From positions 682,001-746,000 of the forward strand of contig CDRNST010000180.1 in assembly GCA_977016875.1 (NCBI GenBank): DNA of 64,000 bases. The letters run 5' to 3'. A model generated the notes under the pieces. That model was not told the origin of the DNA, did no database searches, and was given only the letters and a program-made list of their open reading frames with translations. The stretch comes from Pavona decussata. Lineage: Eukaryota. Positions within the stretch are counted from its first letter, which is position 1. Every line of letters starts with the position of its first letter. Both the position numbers and the translations under genes were made by a program. Below, in pieces: positions 13,101 to 24,017 of this stretch.

Positions 13101-15892
13101 AAAACGTTACGTAGCGAGGTATTATCATGCGAAAGGAAGTCACTTATGCGTGACTTTAGTAGCTTTTTGTAGCCGCTGAAGAAGGTTAGTTTTGTCTAAC
13201 CGAAATATTGGGCAATAAAATTAGCCTCTTTAGCTGTCGGATCATGCCTTGCATTTGGTTTTACTTTTTTTTTTTTATAGATGACATAAGTACTCATCAA
13301 CATTCTATTGTGATTGCTATAAATTCACATGACATCATCGTCTATTATTGTAATCCTCGCGTCGTTCTCAGTTAGGTAATAAATGACCAAACTCAATTCT
13401 TACTGGCCGTTTCATAGAGGTCGCCGCTTGATAGAAGTGGCCGTCGTATAGAAGTTTTGTTTACAGTAATGTTCTGATTTTTAGGATGTTCAGTATAAGG
13501 TGGCCTCTCGGAGAAGCTTTGACTTTACTTTGCCATGGTTTTGTTTACAAGCTGGTTCTAAGTTTTGAGTCTGTGGATGAAATTCTAAGCTGTGACCATT
13601 CAGATGAAAGCTACTGAGCAGTACTATCCTGTGGTGCTGTTTATTATGCTGTACAAGGTGGTTCTATGTTTTGAGTCTGTGGATGAAATCCTAAAGTGTG
13701 ACCATTCAGATGAAAGCTACTGAGCAGTACTTTCCTGTGGTGCTGTTTATTATGCTGTACAAGGTGGTTCTATGTTTTGAGTCTGTGGATGAAATCCTAA
13801 AGTGTGATCATTCAGATGAAAGCTACTGAGCAGTACTTTCCTGTGGTGCTGTTTATTATGCTGTACAAGGTGGTTCTATGTTTTGAGTCTGTGGATGAAA
13901 TCCTAAAGTGTGACCATTCAGATGAAAGCTACTGAGCAGTACTTTCCTGTGGTGCTGTTTATTATGCTGTACAAGGTGGTTCTATGTTTTGAGTCTGTGG
14001 ATGAAATCCTAAAGTGTGACCATTCAAATGAAAGCTACTGAGCAGTACTTTCCTGTGGTTCTGTTTATTATGCTGTACAAGGTGGTTCTATGTTTTGAGT
14101 CTGTGGATGAAATCCTAAAGTGTGACCATTCAGATGAAAGCTACTGAGCAGTACTTTCCTGTGATGCTGTTTATTATGCTGTACAAGGTGGTTCTATGTT
14201 TTGAGTCTGTGGACGAAATCCTAGAGTGTGGCCATTCATATGAACTTTCCTGTGATGGTATTTATTATGCCGTACAAGGTGGTTCTAAGTTTTGAGTCTA
14301 TGGATGGAATCATTGAAAAGGAAGTCACTGAGCGGTACTTTTCTTACCGGTACTGACGCTGTTGTCAAAAAATGGTTTTGTGTAATGGTGACACTGAGAA
14401 GGCTTATTGAAGTTTATTTATTGGAAAAACAAACAAACAAACTCACCTGCAGATAAATGGCGAAATATGCAGCAATTGTGATCGCTATACATGTCATGTC
14501 CATAACAGCAATTGTGATAACCAGAGCGTTGTAAGGGGCTCCAAAAAACCGAGCGATAACCAAGCCTGTACAGATAATCCAGAAAGTCAACACTGCAAAC
14601 AAGACACGGCGGACTGTCACGAGGCTCTCATATCGCAAGTGCAGTTTGATAGCGAGAAATCTCTCGACTGATATAGCTGATATGACGAGAAATGAAACCC
14701 CGGCACAAATCCACGAAAGTGATCCAGTGGTGAGGATTTTCGCGACACAGAAAGCTTCAGTATTTCGCTGAAGTTCGAAGATGATTTGTAAAGCGTTCGT
14801 CGGTTGAACGATCAGCCCAACCAAGAAATCGGCTAATGCGAGACAACAGAGCAGTGTGTTGGACGGTGTGCGAAGTGCTGGTGTCCTCCAAACAGCGATC
14901 AGGATTAAAAAGTTACCGACAGAAGCTGAAATAGCTGTTAGCAAGTTCATCACTACCAAAATTATGTTAGTCACGTATGTCGCCTTTGAATCGTACCACT
15001 CTTCATTCAAAATAGTGAAGCAGGTTATGTTAGTTACGGAAGGTACAGCGGACGAGACGGCAGCCATTGTTGAGTTCTCCATGTGAAGTTACTTCTTCCT
15101 GTAGTGTGTGTCGCCTTTTTGTAGCAATGTTGCCGCGATGATAAACGTTTTTTTAAAATTAAACCAACACGGAAAATCTTATCACACCTCCTTGTTCCTG
15201 TGTAAGTGATATGTCTGGCGTGGTAAAGCGATGATCAAGCAAGCGTCGACGCTGTTTAGATTCTCTACATCTTGCTTCAGTTGACTGAAGGGCTTTTTGA
15301 CATGTTATGCTAATATGTATTTGGCGTGCGGGCCGCGCCGCCGGTAACTCTCTAGGGATATCTTTTAACAATCATTTATAATTAAATGTTATTCACGCTG
15401 ATCCTTATGCTCTGATAACCAGCATGACATTTAATCTTCTGTGACCTTTGTTCTAAAATACCCACAGCGAAATATTTACGTCATAGTTTTGTTTTCTTGC
15501 TTTCTTTTCTTTTTTTTTTTTTTCTTTCGATTTTGGCCGTTGACCAACTCAATCAAGCAAAACTACTGCGCGAGTTTGATTTTGATAAATATGTTGACAA
15601 AATAGATCCGCTTGCGAAGGAAATCGTTTTGTGAAAACAATATAATTTACAAAAAGCGCTCAACTTCATGTCAATTCAACGGAAAGGCGATGCAAATGTT
15701 TTGAATATATGTGTCTCAGCTGTCACTCGTTTTCTTGAGTTAATGGTTAATGGTCTAAAGTGCACTAATGTACTTTTATAAGGTAATCATGCGACTTCCA
15801 CTTAGTCCATTTACCACTTAGTAATAACCTGTTTTTCTTCATCTGCAATTCCCGACACTGTTAATACTTGTCAAAATAATAATTCATAATTT

Positions 15893-15940
<48 letters not shown>

Positions 15941-15990
15941 GCTCACGCACTCATCAGACAGATTAAATACTGTCTGATGAGTGCGTGAGC

Positions 15991-16036
<46 letters not shown>

Positions 16037-19000
16037 GTATTCAAAGCTCTACGCTTAAAAAGTGTATTGAGCACTGTTTAACGGCTTTAGCCACTTTATT
16101 GCACGTAATTCATAATTTAAAAAAGGTTCAAAGCTTTCCTACTTCAGCGTAAAGAACAGATTTGATCTCGATACTCGAACAGTAAACAGGACGTCGTTGT
16201 CTCGTGTTTTGTTTTTTCAAGTTTTGATGTGACGTCATATCCGTAACGTCAAACAACAGTCTAGTGAATGAGGATTATTCCAGATGATCATGACATAAAT
16301 CCAGATGAGCATGGCGTCATTTATTTTTCAGGAGTTTCCTTCGGCGAATTGTGCAAGAAATACACGTAATTTGTGCGATTTGCAGATACATCAATGTTTC
16401 AGTAGGGATCTACAATAGGTTTTGCGGCGGTACCCAGTAAATTGACTCAGGAGGCTGGAGTGGCGTGTTAATATAATTCCAAATTTCGTCAACAAAAATC
16501 TTGACATTAATTAGATTCGAAGAAATTTTTAAAAGCATTCTCTTCATGCCGTAAATTAACGGCTAAAATTGGATTTGTATGACATGCAAAGCAAGTTTGC
16601 GGTGAAAATAGTTCTTCATCTACAAAGGAAATCGACCACAAAATTAGCACTTGAGTTGAAAACTTTTATGAAAGTGGCCCAATTGAAAAGCCGTAAAACA
16701 CGGAAACCACGACGTTTCTTTCGCACCATGAAGTTGAAAAATATTCGAGGGATTTTTTCTTTTTTGTGATTTGTGAATAATCGAGAATATTTCAAGCCGC
16801 ATTGTTATCGGGTGTTTACAAAAACAAACCCTCTGGTTTCTCATGAGATGCGAGAAAACCACTGCACCTGCGCTTGCATTATCTCACAGCGGTTGTGGAT
16901 AGACTGGCGGAAAATACTGAGCAGTTTTCGCCATAAAAATTTGGAATATGTCGCTTGGTGGGCGCGCGAAGACCGAAATTGATCATCCCTAAAATAAAAC
17001 TTTTAAAAGGAACGTTCAACCGGAACATTCAACTTCTTGTTTACGTCCTTGACGCACGAGCGCTGAAACGCGGTCGGAAGTTGCCTTTTTGTTAATTTGT
17101 AACCTGTACAATGGTCACGTAGCACACCCACTACTCACTCAAACCTTTTGCTTTCATGGTGGCAGATGAGAGGTCAGTAGATTACGGGAAGTCGTTAGTA
17201 GTCTTCAAAAATATATTGGTGCGCCACTCGAGCGACAAGTGACGAAGTTCCCGCGACTTCGTCCCCTTTTTGACCCTGTCAAACGTAAACAACAGGAGAA
17301 GTCAAATAAAGATAAGATTTTTTTTCACTTGAGAGCTCATAGCTGATACGTTTTTCAGAGTCAACGAGTTCACGAAATCATTTTGCGATTCACAAAAGAG
17401 TTTCAAGTCTTTTTTTAGGTGAAGTTAGACTTTCTCAAAGTCCGTTTTCACGACTTCCTCGCTTGTCGGTCACTCTTTCGGCGCATAAGAAGTCGACTTG
17501 AGGCAAGTTTACAGTGAAGCGTGTGGAGACTGGTCTCTGTCTTCTATTTGAATGCTTGACATCCGGAAAACCGATTCACCTAATGGTTCCTGAAACACTT
17601 TAGTAAATCATAAAACACTTAAGTAAACTCAAACTCACAAAAAAAAAAAAAAAATTATCAGCGTTTGACCTCTCAAAGTGTAAACCTTATCTTTAACGAA
17701 TTTTTCTCATTTCTGGCGTTTGACCGCGGTTAACACGTCCAAGTCATTTGACGGGAAGAAGAGAGACCCTGCAAACAACGTTGCCGGTATTCTTGACCGC
17801 CACTTGAATCACCGGAAGGTCTCGCGATTCTCGACTGTCGCATCTTGTGCCACTGTTTTCTTTAAAGAGAAATAGAATGCTCAAAGTCTATTGAACATTG
17901 AATAGCTAACCTACGAAAGTACTGCTGTTGGAGTCTTTGGAGTAATGAAATTTTGAAAAGGGACTTGTTTGGATAGAAACTATTAAATACTTTGAAAGAT
18001 TAAGAGTATCTCTTATTTAACCCATTGTTTTTCTTTAAGTACTTCAACTTACTTTATCCAGTGGAATCTTTGGAGCAGTGTTTGTCCGGGGTGTGTCTTT
18101 GTAGTAAAACTTTGATTAGTGACGTCACCTTCCTGTCGGCCTTAACTCTCGGACACATTTGAATCAGACTTCCTGTCGGTATTCAAGTTAGTTTTCAACA
18201 GAAAAAACATAGAAACGACAAACTGCTATAACCGGCTATGACCAAAATTCCTTTGTCTGTCTTGTGACGTTTTAGTGGAAAGATTGCCTCCTACGCAAAC
18301 ACACTTTGACTGGCTCGTCACGTCACGAAAGATTGCCTCCTACGCAAACACACTTTGACTGGCTCGTCACGTCACGAAAGATTGCCTCCTACGCAAACAC
18401 ACTTTGACTGGCTCGTCACGTGACGAGCCTGTCAAACTGCGTCTGCGTAGAAGTTAAGTGGAAAGCTGATCTATTGAAAGTTTCAGACTTACCTAAAAAT
18501 CTGGACCAGCTTCCCACACTGAGAGGAAGTGATAACTTTCAGATATTTCCTGGGATGTAGTAATTTAATAGACCATTTCCGAGTTGCTTTGAACCTCATT
18601 ATGAAAGCGAGGCTAAGTGCAAAGTTTTTGTTATGAAAATTAGTTTTCATTCATATGCGAACAAAACTCATTTTCATATGAAAAGTTTTGCACTTAGCCT
18701 CGCTTTCATAGTGAGGTTCACAAGCAACTCGGAAATGGCCTATTTACTTTTTGACTTCTTTCCTTCTAAGCGTAAATTTTTTTAATTTTTAACTGGTTCC
18801 CTGGTAGAAGGGACTAATGCGTAATCATTTTCCTCAGGTATGCGCGAACAATTTATCCGACTTCTGGAGGGCTCGGGCCTAGTCCGTAGTTTTGAAAGCG
18901 GTCACGCGGTCAATGCCTTCGGTGGAAATCAGGAACTTGTCAAGGTAAGGAGGCTCTGATCATAACATATCTCCATGATCCAAAAGTGCTAAGTGGTTAC

Positions 19001-21882
19001 ATGAGAAAACCTTCCTCAAAAAACGGTGACCACACCCACACTGCCTTCGCTTAGTTCGACATTACTCCTGTTCCGCTACAGGAGGCAACTAGAAGTATTT
19101 GAAGACTCCACTCCCCCTCCCTGATAACATTCTAGTCCACTGGAGGTAGGCACTGCATGAGCAAAGTGATTTGTCTAAGAATCGGCGGCACATTTTCACA
19201 CTTCAATGAATAGCGGCTCTATGAGATTGCAAGGGCTTGAATTGACATCTTAACAAGATTTTTGTGTTTATCTGCTCACAGGCCATTGTATGTGCTGGTC
19301 TTTTCCCAAATGCTGTGAAAGTTGGTCTTGGTATAGAGTCTAAAGGGAGGTGTGGAAAAAAGCGAGTCAGGGTTGCCTTCCGAACCAGGTAAGTGTAGGC
19401 TTTTTAAGCATACTAGAGTGTTAGTTAGGATGATAGTTTCATCGGCATTAATATAAGCGCAAAGAAAACAAGCTTGCTGGTTTTTCTTGTTTTTATACAT
19501 TTGTTTCTTCTGAGGACAACATAAGAAGAATCAGTGTGTTAGTTTTCCGTATGTTTGTGATTATTATGCTTACATGTCGGTAGTAAAACCAGTCTTATGT
19601 CACTATTTCTGTAAGTTGAGTTGGCGAAAACGTCTATGAATGAATCCATGATCAGTGATATTCAGAGATAAAAGTTCCATTACGTATGCGCAGGTGGTAT
19701 TCATGCAGGCCGTCTTAATCAAATTCAATCCAGTGCCATAATAATCCACTGAGCACAGTCCGAAAGTTATATCAGCAAGCCTTATGCCCTAATCACACAA
19801 AAGTTACAGCATGTTTAAATGTTTTTCAGTTTAACGCGGTTTAAACTCGTTTTCTTTATAGAAGTTGTTCACTGATGTGTTTCGACTTCATTTCAAGCAC
19901 TACGATAGTACCAGCTAGAGCTTACTTGAACTCGGTTTTTCAATTTTTGTTCACTGGTCTTCATTTGGTTCACCTGGTTTAACTAATCATGTCTGCATTT
20001 GATTAGTTCAAGCGGCAAAACCGTGTACTACATAGCAATGACTTTCCTTGTAAGATGCTGATAGTCGAGCGAGCGAGGAGAACACGTAGCGCGCGTTTGA
20101 GTCGATTGCCTGTCGGAAACAGGACGCTTTTCCGCGTGACGGTCAATTTTTCCACATTTAGTTTATTTTGTTCTCTTTTTACCGCAGAACTGATGGCCGC
20201 GTTTTCTTACATCCCTCATCGGTCAACTCTGACGAGAGACAGTTTGCCAGCCAGTGGCTTGTGTATCACGACAAGGTAATGAGTATAGTTGAGTACTGTG
20301 CGGGTGACTAAGTCAGACTGGTAAAGGCCAGTAGTTTTATCAGCCAGTAATTAAAGAAACATGTAAAGACATGTTATCGTATTTATTTACCATCAGCTGA
20401 ATTGCGTGAAAGGCTTGAAAACAGTCTTTTCTTTTCTAAAACAAGAACAAGTGATTATGAAATAATCCCAACTTGACCATACTGACCCCTATGTAATTGG
20501 GAAGGAGTGGTAATGATGATGATGATGATGATAATGACAGCGATGACGATTGTGATAANNNNNNNNNNNNNNNNNNNNNNNNNNNNNNNNNNNNNNNNNN
20601 NNNNNNNNNNNNNNNNNNNNNNNNNNNNNNNNNNNNNNNNNNNNNNNNNNNNNNNNNNNNNNNNNNNNNNNNNNNNNNNNNNNNNNNNNNNNNNNNNNNN
20701 NNNNNNNNNNNNNNNNNNNNNNNNNGCTGATGTGGTCGTGTCTAAGTAAAAACTGCAAATACGAATTACAGATGATGTTGACGGTGATCATCGGATGATG
20801 ATAATGATGATGATGATGATGACGATGATGATGGTGGTGGTGGTGGTGGTGGTGATTACGAAGGTGACAGTGTTGATGAGTACTCAAGTTATTGGTGGCA
20901 CGAGCTAGGAGGATTCTTCGGTGGACCATTCTGTTCTATTTTCATAAACACGTTTGTCCAGGACTTATCATCATTTCCTTTTCCAACTCATTTTCCCTCC
21001 ACAGGTGAAGTCCACCCAGGTGTTCATCCGGGACAGTAGTATGGTTCACCCAGTTGCTTTGATTTGTTTGTCTGGAAAAGAAGTCAGAGAAATACGACAT
21101 GAGATACGGCATGGTATGTATTTCACTTACAAACTATCGGTTCCTTTTACTTGGTGAATAATTTACACAGGAAACGCAACGCTAAATAAAAAATTTAGCG
21201 AGCGACAGACATAAATGAAGATAAGAGCGATGCTAAAACTGGGGCCAGGTGGCGGGTTGGTAACGAACTTATTCCGAATATTCGACTACAAACAGTTCTT
21301 CTTTCCAGAATAGTCACGTGCGAAAGCAATTTTTGCACGTGTTCTGTCTCGTGTTCTTCACGTGATCGAAAAGAGGGCTCTTGGTAGTCTATGAACTGAC
21401 TCGTCTCAAGTCTTGTTTCTTGTTCTTGATCAACTCTCGTGCGACGCCCTCTTGTTAGGTGCATCTCATGATCCCCTCTTACTGCCTTTTTATGAAGGGG
21501 AGATGGCGGTGAAAGCTTTCATCTCCTACCTACTTAATATGATTGGATAATTGAAAGAAAAAATAGAGAGCTTGTTCTTCCTAGAAATCCTGCTCGGCTC
21601 AGTACCGCCTTCCGTTTTCCAGGTCCCTCTCAGTCCCCGCAACAGCCCCGAGCCGTAACCCTGGCTGTGGATGGTGACCGCTGGATGGCGTTCCATTGCT
21701 CACCAAGGCTTGCTCGAGTACTGCAGGCGATTAGAGAAGAGGTTAACAAGATGGTGTCAAGCAGCATTTCGCCGTCGTCCACAAATAACACATTATTTCA
21801 TCATAACACTCAGTTGATCGAGGCCCTGAGTCTCTTGCTAACGTTACCGATCCAGGAATCTCTTCCATGCACCGCTTACTAA
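268..21882 (+). CDS. DHX30: DEAH-box ATP-dependent RNA helicase, DHX30-like (5' end lies upstream of the window)
   Basis: Manually spliced GT-AG exons with consistent phase: 268-351, 884-983, 1442-1601, 2147-2294, 3727-3810, 4771-4854, 5292-5362, 6004-6133, 7420-7543, 7633-7694, 7993-8068, 8612-8661, 9891-10070, 10896-11046, 18838-18944, 19282-19388, 20188-20275, 21005-21113, 21623-21882 (stop). Motifs: PRR (Ia), CTTGILLR (Ib), DEVHER (II), MSAT (III), ILCFLAGW (IV), [11 protein letters not shown] (V), QRRGRAGR (VI), followed by HA2 and OB-fold regions. Segments [30 protein letters not shown] and [11 protein letters not shown] match my recollection of DHX30 better than DHX36 or DHX57. Confidence 0.88.
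1069..1190. repeat. (CAT)n microsatellite
   Basis: Direct observation; intronic. Confidence 0.95.
3958..4181. mobile_element. Small palindromic MITE with an adjacent or nested second hairpin element
   Basis: tagcctcctacgcagacgct...agcgtcagcataggagg (3958-4053), then acctgcaatcaggcg...cacctgatcacaggt (4056-4168). Confidence 0.55.
4354..4597. mobile_element. MITE with ~40-bp imperfect TIRs
   Basis: Left end agagatttagcatcgcgattacggcaaacggcaaac versus right end gtttggcgtaagccgtaaacgcgaagctaaatctct. Related decayed pieces at ~1731-1955 and ~50530-50750. Confidence 0.75.
6256..6364 (+). mobile_element. tRNA-derived SINE-like fragment; inverted second copy at ~6685-6800
   Basis: A-box-like tagctcagtgg (6297-6307) and decayed B-box ggcttgattcc. 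The 17-mer cctgataggagcactcg recurs on the - strand near 6740-6756. Confidence 0.55.
6845..7005 (+). mobile_element. SINE body fragment, truncated by an assembly gap
   Basis: ttctccgggtactgcggtttttccctctcctcaaaaacc resembles a widespread metazoan SINE central motif (recalled similarity). Confidence 0.45.
7006..7164. other. Assembly gap (N-run)
   Basis: Run of n. Confidence 1.
8748..8774. repeat. (TTG)n microsatellite
   Basis: Direct observation. Confidence 0.9.
9604..9777. mobile_element. Palindromic MITE (family A, copy 1)
   Basis: Termini taggccatttccgagttgc ... gcaacccgaaaatggccta; self-complementary along most of its length. Confidence 0.8.
11260..11540. mobile_element. MITE (family B, copy 1)
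   Basis: Starts aaagcccgtttaaacggtttcaac and is rich in ttcaac/gttgaa. Reverse-orientation homologue of 22571-22876. Confidence 0.7.
12592..15082 (-). CDS. Rhodopsin-family (class A) GPCR, orphan, ~357 aa, nested antisense in a DHX30 intron
   Basis: Exon 1 15082-14447 (donor CAG|gtgagt) and exon 2 13029-12592 (acceptor tttcag|GTC), joined in phase 0. Seven hydrophobic segments with GN (TM1), LALAD (TM2), SVERF (TM3), FIP (TM6) and NPFVY (TM7). N-terminal N-glycosylation sequons NST and NIT. Confidence 0.92.
13171..13214 (+). ncRNA. Degenerate hammerhead-like motif (Penelope-type)
   Basis: agccg-CTGAAGA-A-ggttag(ttttgt)ctaacc-GAAA-tatt-gggca. 6-bp stem II and a palindromic ATAT mini stem III; stem I has a mismatch next to the core. 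Confidence 0.45.
13554..14310. repeat. 106-bp tandem satellite, ~7 copies
   Basis: Unit ggttctatgttttgagtctgtggatgaaatcctaaagtgtgaccattcagatgaaagctactgagcagtactttcctgtggtgctgtttattatgctgtacaaggt starts at 13554, 13660, 13766, 13872, 13978, 14084 and 14190. Confidence 0.97.
15895..16105 (+). mobile_element. Truncated Penelope-like retroelement insertion with 5' inversion and 15-bp target-site duplication
   Basis: Direct repeat taattcataatttaa at 15880-15894 and 16106-16120. Perfect 67-bp inverted repeat (15895-15961 / 15970-16036) containing a hammerhead core, followed by a ~70-bp unique tail. Confidence 0.75.
15970..16009 (+). ncRNA. Minimal type I hammerhead ribozyme (mirror copy on - strand at 15922-15961)
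   Basis: ctgt-CTGATGA-gtgc(gtga)gcac-GAAA-ctc-g-gag-TA-acag. Stem I is ctgt/acag, the core CUGAUGA and GAAA are intact, stem II is 4 bp with a GUGA tetraloop, stem III is short and quasi-palindromic, and the GUA cleavage triplet is at 16003-16005. Confidence 0.8.
18278..18453. repeat. 49-bp unit x3 ending in a hairpin (collapsed palindromic MITE)
   Basis: gaaagattgcctcctacgcaaacacactttgactggctcgtcacgtcac at 18278, 18327 and 18376. The following tgacgagcctgtcaaactgcgtctgcgtag is an imperfect reverse complement of the unit. Confidence 0.9.
18567..18744. mobile_element. Palindromic MITE (family A, copy 2)
   Basis: aatagaccatttccgagttgc ... gcaactcggaaatggcctatt; homologous to 9604-9777. Confidence 0.82.
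20510..20880. repeat. (GAT)n/(GGT)n microsatellite spanning an assembly gap
   Basis: Direct observation; N-run at 20559-20725. Confidence 0.9.
20559..20725. other. Assembly gap (N-run)
   Basis: Run of n. Confidence 1.
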
Positions 21883-21924
21883 GTACCTACAAAGAACACG
21901 CGTGAGTTTGGCGTATAATGGATC

Positions 21925-22080
21925 GTAGCCTGCGTAGTGGGCGGGATGTTGGGCGAAGGCTAAATTTGGGCGAACAGGCAGCGAAGCCGCGGGGGGAATG
22001 GAGAAAAGTAATTTACGCCGCTGCTCTGCCGCCAAGACTTAATATTCGCATGCGGACGCTACCGTCAGCTGCCCTGGCTA
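21925..22080. mobile_element. MITE-like element in the presumed DHX30 3' UTR
   Basis: tagcctgcgtagtgggcgg ... ccgtcagctgccctggcta imperfect TIRs; GC-rich interior. Confidence 0.5.
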
Positions 22081-22570
22081 AGCGATTCATACAAGTCAAC
22101 CGTCTATCCACTAGAGTCAGTGCAAGCCTATTTCGCACGATTTGTCACTTGCTGCCCATCTGTCTTACTTATTATATTTGGTTTCACCAGGTTTTCAGCG
22201 GTTATCTGTTACTGTTAATATATAAGCAAATATATTTGGAAAAGAACCACCTGTCTCAGTTAGTGTATTGTATACGCAATATCCCTTCACTCGGGAATGT
22301 CCGAATCTCAAGGGTTTCATAAGTCAGTTACGAACGCTTTTAGAGCATTAAAAAATTGTCCTTGATAAAGTTTGTGTTGAAACTGAAAGTTTGCGGATAT
22401 TACTTGACCCAAGTTCGCATAGTTGAGCCCTTTTTTTATCAAATGTGCCACATGGAATCAAATGCCGGTTTTACTCCGAGCCAGTCGAGGAGGAGAACCC
22501 ACGAGAGATTTTTAGGGCGTACGAGAGTTGACAAGAACTACAAGAGTCAGTCAGTGAGTTTAAGAGTTGA

Positions 22571-22876
22571 GGCCCCTTTAAACGGTTTCAACATTTGCTT
22601 CAACATGCGTTCAACACTTTGTTGAACCAAATGTTGGGGCGTTTGAACAGGTCATTCAAAATTGTCGAAAGTGTAAAAAAAATGTTGAAAGCTTGTTGAA
22701 AGCGTCGATTTAAACTTTCATTTAACATCGATTCAACATTTCCTGTGTTCTCGGAAGTGTTGAATGGCGTTGAAGCCGTTTGAAGATCCCAAAGTGTCCA
22801 ACATTTATTCTACACCCGTTCAAGTTTTGTTGAACGAATGTCGGTCTAATGTTGAATGCGTTTAAACGGGCCTTTA
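22571..22876. mobile_element. MITE (family B, copy 2)
   Basis: ggcccctttaaacggtttcaac ... gttgaatgcgtttaaacgggcc terminal inverted repeats. Confidence 0.75.
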
Positions 22877-24017
22877 GACGCTAAAAGAGAGCTAAAGTTT
22901 GAACTTCATCGATTCCAATGAAAGTTTTAGCAGCTTCATACTCTTTGAGTACACATAAGAGTCGGCGTTTGAGTTTCATTGAAACGAGAACGAGTTATCA
23001 CTCGTCAATGTGCAGTTTTTCGTTCAGCAGGTGAAGATTTATGGTGGATCGAGTCTCATCCCATTCTCTCTTTCACCCTCTCCCCCCCCCCCCCCTTCCT
23101 CCCCCACTATTTGAAAAATCCAAATGAAAGCTATTGCCAGCATTGTATTTAGCAGTACTCTTCCTTCTTCCTGCTGTAAAACGAGCAACCTCTATACTTT
23201 GAGTCTGTGCGTGAAATCCATCCTGAAGTGTACTACTCTTCGACGGGACCCTATCTTCGATTCCTTTCCATTTCCCACATCGGGTTTTAATTAAATTTTC
23301 CCCCGCTTTATTGCCTGCAAAACAGGCGTTAAAGTTTTTCATGCATTTTATAATAAGGACAAGAGGCGAACGCTTAGCGTGGGGTTGATCTCCACACCCG
23401 TTTGTGGCCATGAATATAAAAACGCTTTCTCATGCCAACCTCGTCCCCCCCTTGGGAAGGGGGGGGGGGTTCCCTTGTAAACTGTGGGAACTGCAGTCAC
23501 CCTGTTGCTAGAAGTCAACTGTTACGTAGATTAAACTCGCGTGACGTTCATCATCTGTCAGTACTGACGTCATTGCAAGGGATCGTTTAGATGGCGCATA
23601 GCTGGGCTGAGGGAATTTGAAATTGAGGGGGAAATAGGGAGAAAGGGGTTGCGAAAACGTCCTCCACCGGGCTTTTGACAGAGATCTGCCTCCTGTACAG
23701 ACACTGATTAGTGCTAAGGCTTGCGAACAGGTTAGCAACATATACACGCTTAGGGAAAAAAACATACAATATAGGTAACGGCGCCACCAGAGCGCGTAAC
23801 AAGCTTGTGGAAATGTTGCGTGACCGCCTAATTAGGAAACAAAGATCAACAAAAATGACCGGCTTTCTTTTTTATAAACGCATCTAAAAGACGTTTTCTC
23901 AAACTATTTCAATCTAGGCAAGTCAACAATATCGCTGAAATGGACTTGTAATTGTGGGATGTATCCTGGGATAGCTCAATATTGAATTATCGATATTCAA
24001 CTTTTCTAATTGAAGTT

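Noticed and set aside
13554-14310. CRISPR-like appearance of regular repeats (also 18278-18421)
   Set aside because: Units are contiguous with no unique spacers, there are no cas genes, and the context is eukaryotic.
20489-20929. Poly-His/Asp/Met ORFs
   Set aside because: Microsatellite plus N-gap artefacts.
21585-21657. Alternative acceptor for the last DHX30 exon
   Set aside because: It leads to an early stop; acceptor 21623 restores the conserved C-terminal frame.
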